A stretch of DNA of 17,020 bases from Breznakia blatticola (GTDB lineage Bacteria; Bacillota_I; Bacilli_A; Erysipelotrichales; Erysipelotrichaceae), in contig NZ_SODD01000050.1 in NCBI RefSeq assembly GCF_004365815.1, positions 1 to 17,020 on the forward strand, written 5' to 3'. Made by a program: the position numbers and the translations under genes. The notes below the pieces were generated by a model, which was not told the DNA's origin, did no database searches, and was given only the letters and a program-made list of their open reading frames with translations. This document shows, in pieces, positions 1 through 7,769 of this stretch. Position 1 is the stretch's first letter. Each line of letters starts with the position of its first letter.

Positions 1-124
1 ATTCGTAACAATCAAGATGAGAATTCATAATAATATAACAAAAACACTAACAAATATGATGACTATGACAGTTGCATTAAGAATGCCATTCTACAATCTT
101 TGAAGAAACATGGAGTGTAAAAGT

Positions 125-325
125 ATGATAGTTGGAATATTGATGAAAATAAATGGAAATATTGGTTCTTTTCTTATTAAAAAGGAAAAGAAGGAAGTTG
201 TTGTTGAATTGCCGGATAAACATGAACTAAGGTTAGGAGCAATATGTAAACTCTCTACACATGAAAATGGCAATTATGAATTAAAAGATTACACAGATTA
301 TTTGAGACGGAAAGGAACAGGATAA
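125..325 (+). CDS. Hypothetical small protein (66 aa from the ATG at 125), ending 1 nt before the primase start
   Basis: The ORF is bounded by an in-frame TGA at 101-103. GGAG at 113-116 lies 8 nt upstream of the ATG at 125, a better SD than for the ATG at 110. The stop at 323-325 abuts the primase ATG at 327. No recognisable motif. Confidence 0.4.
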   Translation: MIVGILMKINGNIGSFLIKKEKKEVVVELPDKHELRLGAICKLSTHENGNYELKDYTDYLRRKGTG

Positions 326-326
326 A

Positions 327-2126
327 ATGATTCCACAAGATAAAGTACAAGAGATACTAAACAAGGCGGATATTGTTGATGTCATATCAAGCTACATTCC
401 ACTAACGCAAAAAGGAAAAAATTTCGTCTGTGTTTGTCCGTTTCACGATGATAGTCGTCCATCGATGTCGGTGTCACAAGATAAACAAATCTTCAAATGT
501 TTTTCATGTGGTGCTGGCGGAAATGCAATAACATTTGTACAAAAGTATAACAACATCTCGTTTCAAGAGGCGTGCAAGATTGTTGCAGATAAAGTTGGAG
601 TCAATTTTGAGATTAGAGGACCAAGACAACAAACATACAGTAAAGATGTTGTTGATCAACATGCATTGCTTAAAGATGTAAAAGAATACGCTGTAAATGA
701 GTTAGCTGCTTCGACAAATGAAGATCTAAAATCGTATGTTGCTAGTAGGTTTGATACGGAAAGTGTAAAGAGTTTTTATATTGGATACGTAGGAGATTCA
801 CAAGCTTTATTACGCTTTCTGCAAGCAAAAGGACATAGTGAAGAAGCTATTGCACAGTCAAATGTATTTAACGTTGAAGGAAGGTCGTTTTTACAAGATA
901 GGATTATTTTTCCACTTAATGATACAAAAGGGAATACAGTTGGCTTCTCTGCACGTACATATAAAGTTAATGACAATATTAAGTATATTAATTCAGCAGA
1001 GTCGGAAGTATTTAAAAAAGGCTCTATATTATTCAACTATGATAGAGCTTTTCAAGTCGCAAGACAGTCAAAAGAGGTCATTGTAGTAGAAGGGTATATG
1101 GATGCAATAAAGTTAGCGAAAGTTGGCCATGAAAATGTAGTTGCTTTGATGGGGACCGCAATGGCCAAAGACCAAGTGTATGCGCTTAAGCGAATGAATG
1201 TACCAGTAAATCTATGTCTTGATGGAGATGCTCCTGGAAAGGAAGCAGCATTAAAACATTATTGGACGCTAAAAGATGCAGGACTTGATGTGAAAATGAC
1301 TGCATTGCCTCTTGGCATGGATCCTGATGAATTGATCAATAAGCAACCTGAAGTATTTGAGCAGGAACTTCAAAGAGCTTCGAATATTATTGATTTTAGA
1401 TTAGCTGATGTTCCAACACTTGAAGACTTTGAAATTAAACACACATGGGCTATCAATTGCTTGAAAGATTTAAAAGGACTGGATAATCCACTAGCAGAAG
1501 ATCATTATTTTGCACTTATAGGGGATAAAGTTGGCTTTTCCAAGGAAGCTCTTCAAAGGAGTTATGCACAGCTACAAGCTGTAGAAAAAGAAGCAACAGT
1601 GAAAGTTCAAAAACAACAATCTAAAAATCGCATTACCCGTTGGTCTCCAAAGCAAGTAAAAATCAACTTGGCAGTGAAAGATAAAATGAATTACCGCCAA
1701 GAGCTGCAAAAGAATTTTGACCGACTTAAGGGTGATGAAAAAGTTGTTGCATTTAATGCACGACAAATTTGTGATCGTAAAGATGTGATGTCACAGTATT
1801 TAGATCAAAAAGGTAAAGTGTTGGAGACAACAATAACATTAACTACAAATGATGATGTTACATGTCTTGCGCAAGGAATTGCGGAAACTGCAGCTATGCA
1901 AATTTCGAAGGAATTAAGTATTCCTAAAAGCAATTTAGAATATATTGCGTTTTTACATAAAGATACAAAGTTTCCACATATACATTTGCAGTGTTATCAA
2001 AAGGAAACATTTAAAGATAATTATGAGTTGTCTACAAAACTAGTTGAATCATTACAAAATGAGATCAGCAAAGAAATCACAAAAACAATAACGCAACCAC
2101 AAGTGGTAGCGTCAGTGAAAATTTAG
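327..2126 (+). CDS. DnaG-type DNA primase (CHC2 zinc finger plus TOPRIM) with a C-terminal relaxase-like (HxDxxxPHxH) domain
   Basis: 599-aa ORF. Zinc finger: CVCPFHDDSRPSM...FKCFSCGAGGNAITF. TOPRIM acidic motifs: VIVVEGYMDAIK and CLDGDAPGKEAA. The C-terminal ~170 aa carry LHKDTKFPHIH (nt 1956-1985), preceded by ITLTTND and candidate Tyr motifs. Confidence 0.9.
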   Translation: MIPQDKVQEILNKADIVDVISSYIPLTQKGKNFVCVCPFHDDSRPSMSVSQDKQIFKCFSCGAGGNAITFVQKYNNISFQEACKIVADKVGVNFEIRGPRQQTYSKDVVDQHALLKDVKEYAVNELAASTNEDLKSYVASRFDTESVKSFYIGYVGDSQALLRFLQAKGHSEEAIAQSNVFNVEGRSFLQDRIIFPLNDTKGNTVGFSARTYKVNDNIKYINSAESEVFKKGSILFNYDRAFQVARQSKEVIVVEGYMDAIKLAKVGHENVVALMGTAMAKDQVYALKRMNVPVNLCLDGDAPGKEAALKHYWTLKDAGLDVKMTALPLGMDPDELINKQPEVFEQELQRASNIIDFRLADVPTLEDFEIKHTWAINCLKDLKGLDNPLAEDHYFALIGDKVGFSKEALQRSYAQLQAVEKEATVKVQKQQSKNRITRWSPKQVKINLAVKDKMNYRQELQKNFDRLKGDEKVVAFNARQICDRKDVMSQYLDQKGKVLETTITLTTNDDVTCLAQGIAETAAMQISKELSIPKSNLEYIAFLHKDTKFPHIHLQCYQKETFKDNYELSTKLVESLQNEISKEITKTITQPQVVASVKI

Positions 2127-2138
2127 GAGGAAATACAA

Positions 2139-2459
2139 ATGTTAAAAACTTTAAAATATAAAGCATTACTAGTTATGTTTTATGTAACACCAATTTTAGC
2201 AGATACTACATTAGATGATGCAATTAAGTCTGCAGGAACAAAGGGACAAGAAACTATTAAATTGATTGGAGCTACACTAGCAGGAGTTGTTAGTGTGCTA
2301 ACTGGAGTAGCAGCACTTGCAATACTACTTAGTGCGCTATGGGATTCGTGGAAAAATAACGGTGCAGGTGAAGTTTTCCATAATCATGGTTCAAAATTCA
2401 TTGTACTTGCAGTTGTAGCTGTATTTGCTGGGGTTATTACGGCGTCATACTTTAGCTAA
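2139..2459 (+). CDS. Small secreted/membrane T4SS component with VirB2/TrbC-like topology (signal peptide plus two hydrophobic helices)
   Basis: GGAGG lies 8 nt upstream of the ATG. The N-terminal signal-like segment is ...VTPILA/DTT. Two long hydrophobic stretches follow (LIGATLAGVVSVLTGVAALAILLSALW and FIVLAVVAVFAGVITASYF). It sits directly upstream of the VirB6-like and VirB4-like genes, and its stop overlaps the next ATG (TAATG). Confidence 0.5.
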   Translation: MLKTLKYKALLVMFYVTPILADTTLDDAIKSAGTKGQETIKLIGATLAGVVSVLTGVAALAILLSALWDSWKNNGAGEVFHNHGSKFIVLAVVAVFAGVITASYFS

Positions 2460-3262
2460 TGGGTTTAATACTACGTTGGCTACTAGGAAAAATGGTAGAT
2501 CTAATTGCAGGATGCGTTGATCTAGCCATTGGGATGTCAACAAATGCATTCGATAATGCAATAGTTAAGGCTTTTTTAAACGCATTTCAAATTGTTGGAC
2601 TTCCTTTAGTGGGAGTCTCGGCATTGGTGGTATGTATAAAAGCTATTATTCAGATTGCAGATGGAGATGGTGTTTCGTTTGCTGATATTATGAAACGCTT
2701 AGTAGTTGGTACGTTAATGTACTCGTACGGTGTGAAAATCTTTAAGTATTTATACTTATACATTTTAGAAATTACAAATGAAATGATAACGATTCTAGCT
2801 GGAGCAGATGTTACATCTTTCTCCACTGAAGACTTAACTGGAGGAGCAAATGGATTGTTCTCTCTTATTCTAATGATTGTTGCTGTGTTCTATATGTTAA
2901 AGACAATTATGAGTATTCTTGAGAGATTTTGGTTGCTTCTTATGACACTCTGTATGATGTATTTCTATATACCAGGTTACATTGCTGGAAATGATGAGTC
3001 ATTAATACTATGGGGAAAACAAGCTATAGGTTTTGCGTTAACACAACTATTTCAAACCTCAGTACTTGTGTTGGGTATTACCTTCTTTGTGCAAGGTGGA
3101 GGATTTTCAAACTTTGGATTGGCAATTGGAGCCATAATTGCAGCAAGTAAAGCTGATATGATACTAGATAAATTTGGACAATCGTCTGGTGGAAAGTTAT
3201 CAAATGTAGGACGTAATGCAATGTCTAGTGTATATTCAGCAAAAATGATTTTAAAGAAGTAA
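2459..3262 (+). CDS. Polytopic membrane protein, VirB6/TrbL-like T4SS channel component
   Basis: 267 aa with multiple hydrophobic helices throughout. It is translationally coupled to the upstream gene and lies between the VirB2-like and VirB4-like genes, as in other Gram-positive T4SS loci. Confidence 0.6.
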   Translation: MGLILRWLLGKMVDLIAGCVDLAIGMSTNAFDNAIVKAFLNAFQIVGLPLVGVSALVVCIKAIIQIADGDGVSFADIMKRLVVGTLMYSYGVKIFKYLYLYILEITNEMITILAGADVTSFSTEDLTGGANGLFSLILMIVAVFYMLKTIMSILERFWLLLMTLCMMYFYIPGYIAGNDESLILWGKQAIGFALTQLFQTSVLVLGITFFVQGGGFSNFGLAIGAIIAASKADMILDKFGQSSGGKLSNVGRNAMSSVYSAKMILKK

Positions 3263-3275
3263 GGAACGAAAAAAT

Positions 3276-6017
3276 ATGAATCAAAAAAAAGATACTAAGT
3301 ATTATTATTACCCAAAATATGTTCCACCAACAATGATGGTGAAAGGAATCTATTTCTATGAATGGATAATTGCAGTTGTAATTTTCTCCTTGTGTTTATG
3401 GATTCTTGGATATATAGGATTATTATTTGGACTAATATTTGGATCGACGGTATTGATACTTACTCATCGAAGCGATGGGAGAGAGAATTTTTTAGGACAA
3501 TTAAGTTCTTCCGTAAAATATATTTTTAGTCAAAGAGTTTTGATTAAACGGCCAAGAGAGGATGTGGTTGAAATCGAAGAAACAAAGGTTGATATGAAAT
3601 CAAAAAAAATAAGAAAAAAGGATAAGAAGAAAAAGCCATCAAAGAATAAACAAGAATTTATGCAAGATAGTTTTCCTTTTCGTTCAATAGAGGATGGATA
3701 CATCCGTATGAATGATGGAAGAGTAATGATCTTCTTACGAGTGAATGGTAATAATCTAGATTTCTTGAGTTTTCGCGAAATAGAAGAAATGAACAAAAAC
3801 TTATCTAAAGAGTTTGACAGAAATAAAATGAAGATCTCGTTTTTTATACAAGACTCTACATTTAATATCAAACAAAACATTAATTTTGTAAGATCAGTGG
3901 CAGAAAAAAGTAAAGTAGCGTTTCTACGCCGACTTGGAAATGAGACTGCTAGTTTCATGGATGTTCAAAAGAAGACAGCAACCAAGAAAGCAAACTTTCT
4001 TAGAGTTGTAGTTACACAAAAACAATTAGCTACATCAAGTGTAGATGACATAGTTGATAAGACGATTAAATTATTTAAAGATTCTTTAGGCTTAGAAAGA
4101 ACAACACAGTTGGAATTAAAGCAAATGTTAGCAATTTATGCGCAACGATTATTTGCAGAGAAACTGCCTGACACAGAGTTAGAACTTGAAGAAAGATATG
4201 AAGAATTCTTATTGGTGAAGAAAAAGCGTGAGGAGAAAAAGATTCAGCTTCCAGGAGTTTATGAATTCAAGGATTTCATTACTCCAGTCACGACAAATTT
4301 TAAATCAGAAAAAGTGTACTTAGGTAGTAATGTCTTAAAAACATATGGAGTATCAAGTTTCTTAGCAAGTACCGAATACAATAACTTATTTGCTAAGATC
4401 TCTACATTAAAAGGAGTAACAACTTCAATCCATATGGACGAATTGTCTTTATCTAGATTTAGATCGAATGTTTCACTTGATGTAAGAGCAAAGGGGAATA
4501 CTACAAATGATGTGGTTGATGCTATTGATGCAGAACTGGATAAAGAAAGTGTATTAGATTCTTATAAAAGAATTAGAACAAACAACCAAAAGATGTTTTA
4601 CATTACTGTATACTTTCAACTTGTTGCTTCAAGTGATGATGAGTTTGATATACTTGAGGCACAATTTAAAGAAGAGTGTGACAATGTAGGAGTAACTGTA
4701 GATCCTTTACAAACAAAACAAAAAGATGCATGGATATCGGTGAATCCAGTAGGAAAGAACATGTTGGATAAGTATATCAAACAAAATATTCCTTCGGAAT
4801 CAGTAGCGAATCTTTATCCATTTAATGATCCATCAGTGTTAGAAAAGAATGGGTTACCTCTTGGGAATATCACGGACCGTTCAGAAATCGTGTTGTTTAA
4901 TCCTTTCACAAATAGGGGAGCAAATAACAATATTCTTATCTTAGGTTATTCAGGAGTTGGGAAAACTGTTCTGATGTGGTTACTTATGCAGAATGCAGCT
5001 CTATCTGCCTATTATATTAGAAACATAGATGTTGAGGGTATTTGTGTCGACTTCATTCAAAAAATGGGTGGTATTAACATTGACATGGCAGGTAACAATG
5101 AATATGCAATTAACCCTCTTCAGATACGTACACCAGATGAAGTGGAAAATGGAATTGTTGATGATTATATCTCAGAGGTGAAAAACTTCATGAGGATCTA
5201 CAAACCGGATTGGACGAATAGAACGCTAGATATTTTTGAAGAGTTTTTGAATAAAACGTATCGTTCAAAAGATATATACAACTCTTCAGATTTAAAGTTG
5301 TTAAAACCAAGTGATTATCCAATCTTTAGCGACGTTGTAAAAATTGTATCAGAGGCGAAGTCTAATTGGACAGAAGAATCTATTGGTACAAAAGATGATT
5401 ACGATGAAATTATTATCGGTTTACGTTCATGTACAGAAGGTGCAGATGCTAAGTTGTTTAATCGACACACGAATTTAGGTGGATATGATGTTGACGAACT
5501 GCAGTTAATAAACTTCGATATTTCTAAAATGCTAAACTCAGATCTAAACCGAAAGTTAGCACAATGGTCAAATGTCTTTACGTACATCTCTCAGTTTGTA
5601 AATGACAATATGAAGCGTTCGAAAGAAATTATGGTATTCATTGATGAACTACATACATTTTTGAAGAAACAGTATATGTCGGTTGTAGAAATACTTGAGA
5701 CGTATGAGCGTCGTTTCCGCAAGTATAACGCGTCTTTTGTTAAAGCTACACAAACGGTAGAAGAACTTGATAACGATGATGACGACATGAAAGAGAAGGT
5801 AAAAACACTATTCTCTCAACCAGCAACAAAGTTTATGTTTCACTTAGGTGATATTAAGTATGAACAAGTCGCTTCAATGATGAAATTGAAATCAACAGAA
5901 GTAGAAAAGCTCCAAGAAAAACGACAAGGAAAATGTTTGATGCGTATCGGAAGTAGTACATATGATTTGTCTGTAATGATGCCAGAATGGTTTAAGGAAG
6001 TTAAGGCAGACGCATAA
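3276..6017 (+). CDS. virB4: VirB4-family T4SS ATPase with an N-terminal VirB3/TcpE-like transmembrane module (fusion)
   Basis: 913 aa. The N-terminus (YYYYPKYVPPTMMVKG) is followed by two hydrophobic helices and a Lys-rich linker. Walker A is GYSGVGKT (nt 4944-4967). Walker B-like is IMVFIDELH. Confidence 0.92.
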   Translation: MNQKKDTKYYYYPKYVPPTMMVKGIYFYEWIIAVVIFSLCLWILGYIGLLFGLIFGSTVLILTHRSDGRENFLGQLSSSVKYIFSQRVLIKRPREDVVEIEETKVDMKSKKIRKKDKKKKPSKNKQEFMQDSFPFRSIEDGYIRMNDGRVMIFLRVNGNNLDFLSFREIEEMNKNLSKEFDRNKMKISFFIQDSTFNIKQNINFVRSVAEKSKVAFLRRLGNETASFMDVQKKTATKKANFLRVVVTQKQLATSSVDDIVDKTIKLFKDSLGLERTTQLELKQMLAIYAQRLFAEKLPDTELELEERYEEFLLVKKKREEKKIQLPGVYEFKDFITPVTTNFKSEKVYLGSNVLKTYGVSSFLASTEYNNLFAKISTLKGVTTSIHMDELSLSRFRSNVSLDVRAKGNTTNDVVDAIDAELDKESVLDSYKRIRTNNQKMFYITVYFQLVASSDDEFDILEAQFKEECDNVGVTVDPLQTKQKDAWISVNPVGKNMLDKYIKQNIPSESVANLYPFNDPSVLEKNGLPLGNITDRSEIVLFNPFTNRGANNNILILGYSGVGKTVLMWLLMQNAALSAYYIRNIDVEGICVDFIQKMGGINIDMAGNNEYAINPLQIRTPDEVENGIVDDYISEVKNFMRIYKPDWTNRTLDIFEEFLNKTYRSKDIYNSSDLKLLKPSDYPIFSDVVKIVSEAKSNWTEESIGTKDDYDEIIIGLRSCTEGADAKLFNRHTNLGGYDVDELQLINFDISKMLNSDLNRKLAQWSNVFTYISQFVNDNMKRSKEIMVFIDELHTFLKKQYMSVVEILETYERRFRKYNASFVKATQTVEELDNDDDDMKEKVKTLFSQPATKFMFHLGDIKYEQVASMMKLKSTEVEKLQEKRQGKCLMRIGSSTYDLSVMMPEWFKEVKADA

Positions 6018-7450
6018 TGGCATGGCAAGCAAAAGTAGCTGAAGCTGCAGGGAAAATTCTACTCGGAAAATCAATAGAAAAAGATGGAGCTATGGGACCG
6101 ATCATAATGATTGCGACTGCAGCTCTAATCCCAGTGATATTTATAGTAGCGTTATTCTCTGGGGGGAATGGGACTGGTCAAGATATATACGAGAAGGCAT
6201 TCAACAATATTGAGTGTAGTCAAGATTATTACTACTATCTTGAGGATATACGTTTTTTTGATTCATACACATATCCTGATGGAGTAGAGGCTACGGATGA
6301 AAAGAAAATAGAAGAACGTATGCAACAAGATTATTTTCAAATTACTACTCCTCCAGGTAATACATCAGCAAATACTTTTCCTGGACAAAATAATCAAGCA
6401 CGGCCATTAAATGTATGTATCTTGCAAAGTGATGAAACAATTGTAAATACACTTATAATAAAGTATGGAGTAGATGAAAATCTTAAACAAGAAATTTTAG
6501 AGTCTGTGCAACAAATGAGAAATGGAAGAAACAACTTCATCTTACCCGTTGCAAATTCTCCTAAGGTTTTAGGTAAATACGGACAAGATAAGAAGCTGAA
6601 AGGAATTGAGTTAGAGGCACCTGAAGGAACGGAAGTGGTTGCTGTTCATGATGGAGTGATAGAAGATATCGTGACATCTAAAGATACCTACTATGGCGTG
6701 AATGAAAAAGGTGATGTTGTTGAAAAGACTAAAGGTCTAACAATTGTAATTAAGCATGACACAATTCTTGGTTTAAATAAATTTGGTGAATATGACACAA
6801 GAATAGTTTATTCTCATATTCCGAATTTACAGAATGTTAAATGGAATGTAGGAGACAAAATATCTCAAGGTGAAGTGATTGGAACAAATGCTAAAAAGAC
6901 AGTATATTTTGAATTAAGAAAAAATGAAGATACAGCATTTGATCCAGCAACAATAATGTTCATTGAATCAAGTTTAGCAAGTAAAGGAGATCTAGGGTTA
7001 CCACTGGAAAATCCATTTACGATAACTTCAGAGTATGGAAAACGTGAGTATGCAGGAATGTCATTCCACCATGGAATTGACTTATCAAAGAGTGAAGGTT
7101 CATCAATTTACTCGGTAAGTGAGGGGGAAGTGATTGAAGCAAATAACACATGTGACCCATTGAAAGGAGAGACTCTTTGTCCTTCTGGTGGATATGTACC
7201 ATGGGGTGGAAATTATGTACTTATAAAATCAACAATAGACAACCAGGACTATTACATAGCATATTGTCACATGAGTAGGTCACTCTTAAAAATAGGTGAT
7301 AAAGTTCATAAAGGACAGATCGTTGGTTACCAGGGCAACAGTGGAAATTCCTATGGTTCACATCTCCATTTGGAAGTGAGGAAAGAGCCAGGTAAACAGG
7401 AAAACAGTACGGTTAATCCGAGAGAGATTATCAACTTTGGAGAACAGTAA
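6017..7450 (+). CDS. Membrane-anchored peptidoglycan hydrolase (VirB1 functional analogue) with one degenerate and one intact M23/LytM domain
   Basis: 477 aa with an N-terminal TM helix (IIMIATAALIPVIFIVALF). The C-terminal domain has HHGID (H351, H352 and D355; nt 7067-7081) and HLHLE (7361-7375). The upstream domain (~6584-6940) has the M23 fold signature (EAPEGTEVVAVHDGVIEDIV ... GDKISQGEVIG) but lacks the metal ligands. Confidence 0.9.
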   Translation: MAWQAKVAEAAGKILLGKSIEKDGAMGPIIMIATAALIPVIFIVALFSGGNGTGQDIYEKAFNNIECSQDYYYYLEDIRFFDSYTYPDGVEATDEKKIEERMQQDYFQITTPPGNTSANTFPGQNNQARPLNVCILQSDETIVNTLIIKYGVDENLKQEILESVQQMRNGRNNFILPVANSPKVLGKYGQDKKLKGIELEAPEGTEVVAVHDGVIEDIVTSKDTYYGVNEKGDVVEKTKGLTIVIKHDTILGLNKFGEYDTRIVYSHIPNLQNVKWNVGDKISQGEVIGTNAKKTVYFELRKNEDTAFDPATIMFIESSLASKGDLGLPLENPFTITSEYGKREYAGMSFHHGIDLSKSEGSSIYSVSEGEVIEANNTCDPLKGETLCPSGGYVPWGGNYVLIKSTIDNQDYYIAYCHMSRSLLKIGDKVHKGQIVGYQGNSGNSYGSHLHLEVRKEPGKQENSTVNPREIINFGEQ

Positions 7451-7468
7451 GCTGTTGTTTCAATGCGA

Positions 7469-7490
7469 GGGTGACAGTCACTGTCACCCT
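7469..7490. repeat. 22-nt GC-rich palindrome GGGTGACAGTCACTGTCACCCT, copy 1
   Basis: 9-bp arms GGGTGACAG/CTGTCACCC around TCA. It lies 19 nt after the hydrolase stop. An identical copy is at 7739-7760. Confidence 0.9.
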
Positions 7491-7507
7491 ATCTACGAAA
7501 TATCAAA

Positions 7508-7722
7508 GGTTGCCAAAATAATACGTAAAATAAGAGGAATATGAAGAAAATGTATAGATAGTTGCTATTTTATCGATTGATGTACAACAAAAGTTGCCAA
7601 AAATGGCAACTCGAAAAATCAATGTTTATCATGGTTTTTAGTAGCCGGCTCTGCCGGATGCTGTTAAATGGCAACTTAGAGTTGCCATCCTTTATCCTGC
7701 ATAACCACCAAATATGGTGGTT
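7508..7722. other. Candidate origin of transfer (oriT): cluster of six (A/G)GTTGC(C/T)A 8-mers and three further hairpin-forming inverted repeats
   Basis: 8-mers at 7508-7515 and 7560-7567 (degenerate). Inverted pair AGTTGCCA-aaaa-TGGCAACT at 7592-7611, and the flipped pair TGGCAACT-tag-AGTTGCCA at 7669-7687. CCGGC-tct-GCCGG at 7645-7657. AACCACCA-aata-TGGTGGTT at 7703-7722. The region is non-coding, lies between convergent genes, and is about 1 kb from the relaxase operon. Confidence 0.5.
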
Positions 7723-7738
7723 GGGGTAAAAATTGGGG

Positions 7739-7760
7739 GGGTGACAGTCACTGTCACCCT
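7739..7760. repeat. 22-nt GC-rich palindrome GGGTGACAGTCACTGTCACCCT, copy 2
   Basis: Identical to 7469-7490. It is preceded by extra G residues, giving a G7 run at 7735-7741. It lies 10 nt beyond the stop of the minus-strand gene 7770-8171. Confidence 0.9.
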
Positions 7761-7769
7761 TACCAATTT

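Noticed and set aside
72-97. TTGCAT (72-77) and TACAAT (92-97) as the promoter of the first operon
   Set aside because: The spacer is only 14 nt, outside the functional range. The real promoter is probably upstream of the window.
776-1766. Track ORFs 776-1036 (-), 838-1086 (+) and 1572-1766 (-) inside the primase gene
   Set aside because: They are embedded in or antisense to a long, motif-supported CDS. Their composition is low-complexity and hydrophobic, as is typical of shadow frames in AT-rich DNA. None has a convincing SD.
3283-3609. Two A8 homopolymer tracts in the VirB4-like gene (3283-3290 and 3602-3609) as phase-variation switches
   Set aside because: Both simply encode Lys runs (QKKD and KSKKIRKK) in an AT-rich, Lys-rich protein. 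A8 is short for efficient slippage and I see no alternative-frame product.
3530-6074. Antisense ORFs 3530-3958, 5399-5587, 5591-5788, 5840-6028 and 5892-6074 (all minus strand)
   Set aside because: All lie opposite the VirB4-like gene or the start of the hydrolase gene. They are Ser/Phe/Leu/Ile-rich shadow translations without RBS or motifs.
7017-7202. Antisense ORF 7017-7202 (-)
   Set aside because: It lies opposite the catalytic M23 domain and has no supporting signals.
7719-7734. GGTTGGGGTAAAAATT near the oriT-like region resembles AGTTGGGGTGAAAAGT at 16973-16988 (13/16 identical), a possible shared protein-binding or att/nic motif
   Set aside because: The match is short and imperfect with no flanking similarity. 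Chance cannot be excluded without a genome-wide k-mer background.
7469-7760. Reading the two 22-nt palindromes as ordinary rho-independent terminators of the convergent genes
   Set aside because: Neither hairpin is directly followed by a U-tract on the relevant strand (TATCTACG on plus, CCCCAATTTTTA on minus). Two independent terminators are not expected to be identical over 22 nt. A weak terminator role cannot be excluded.
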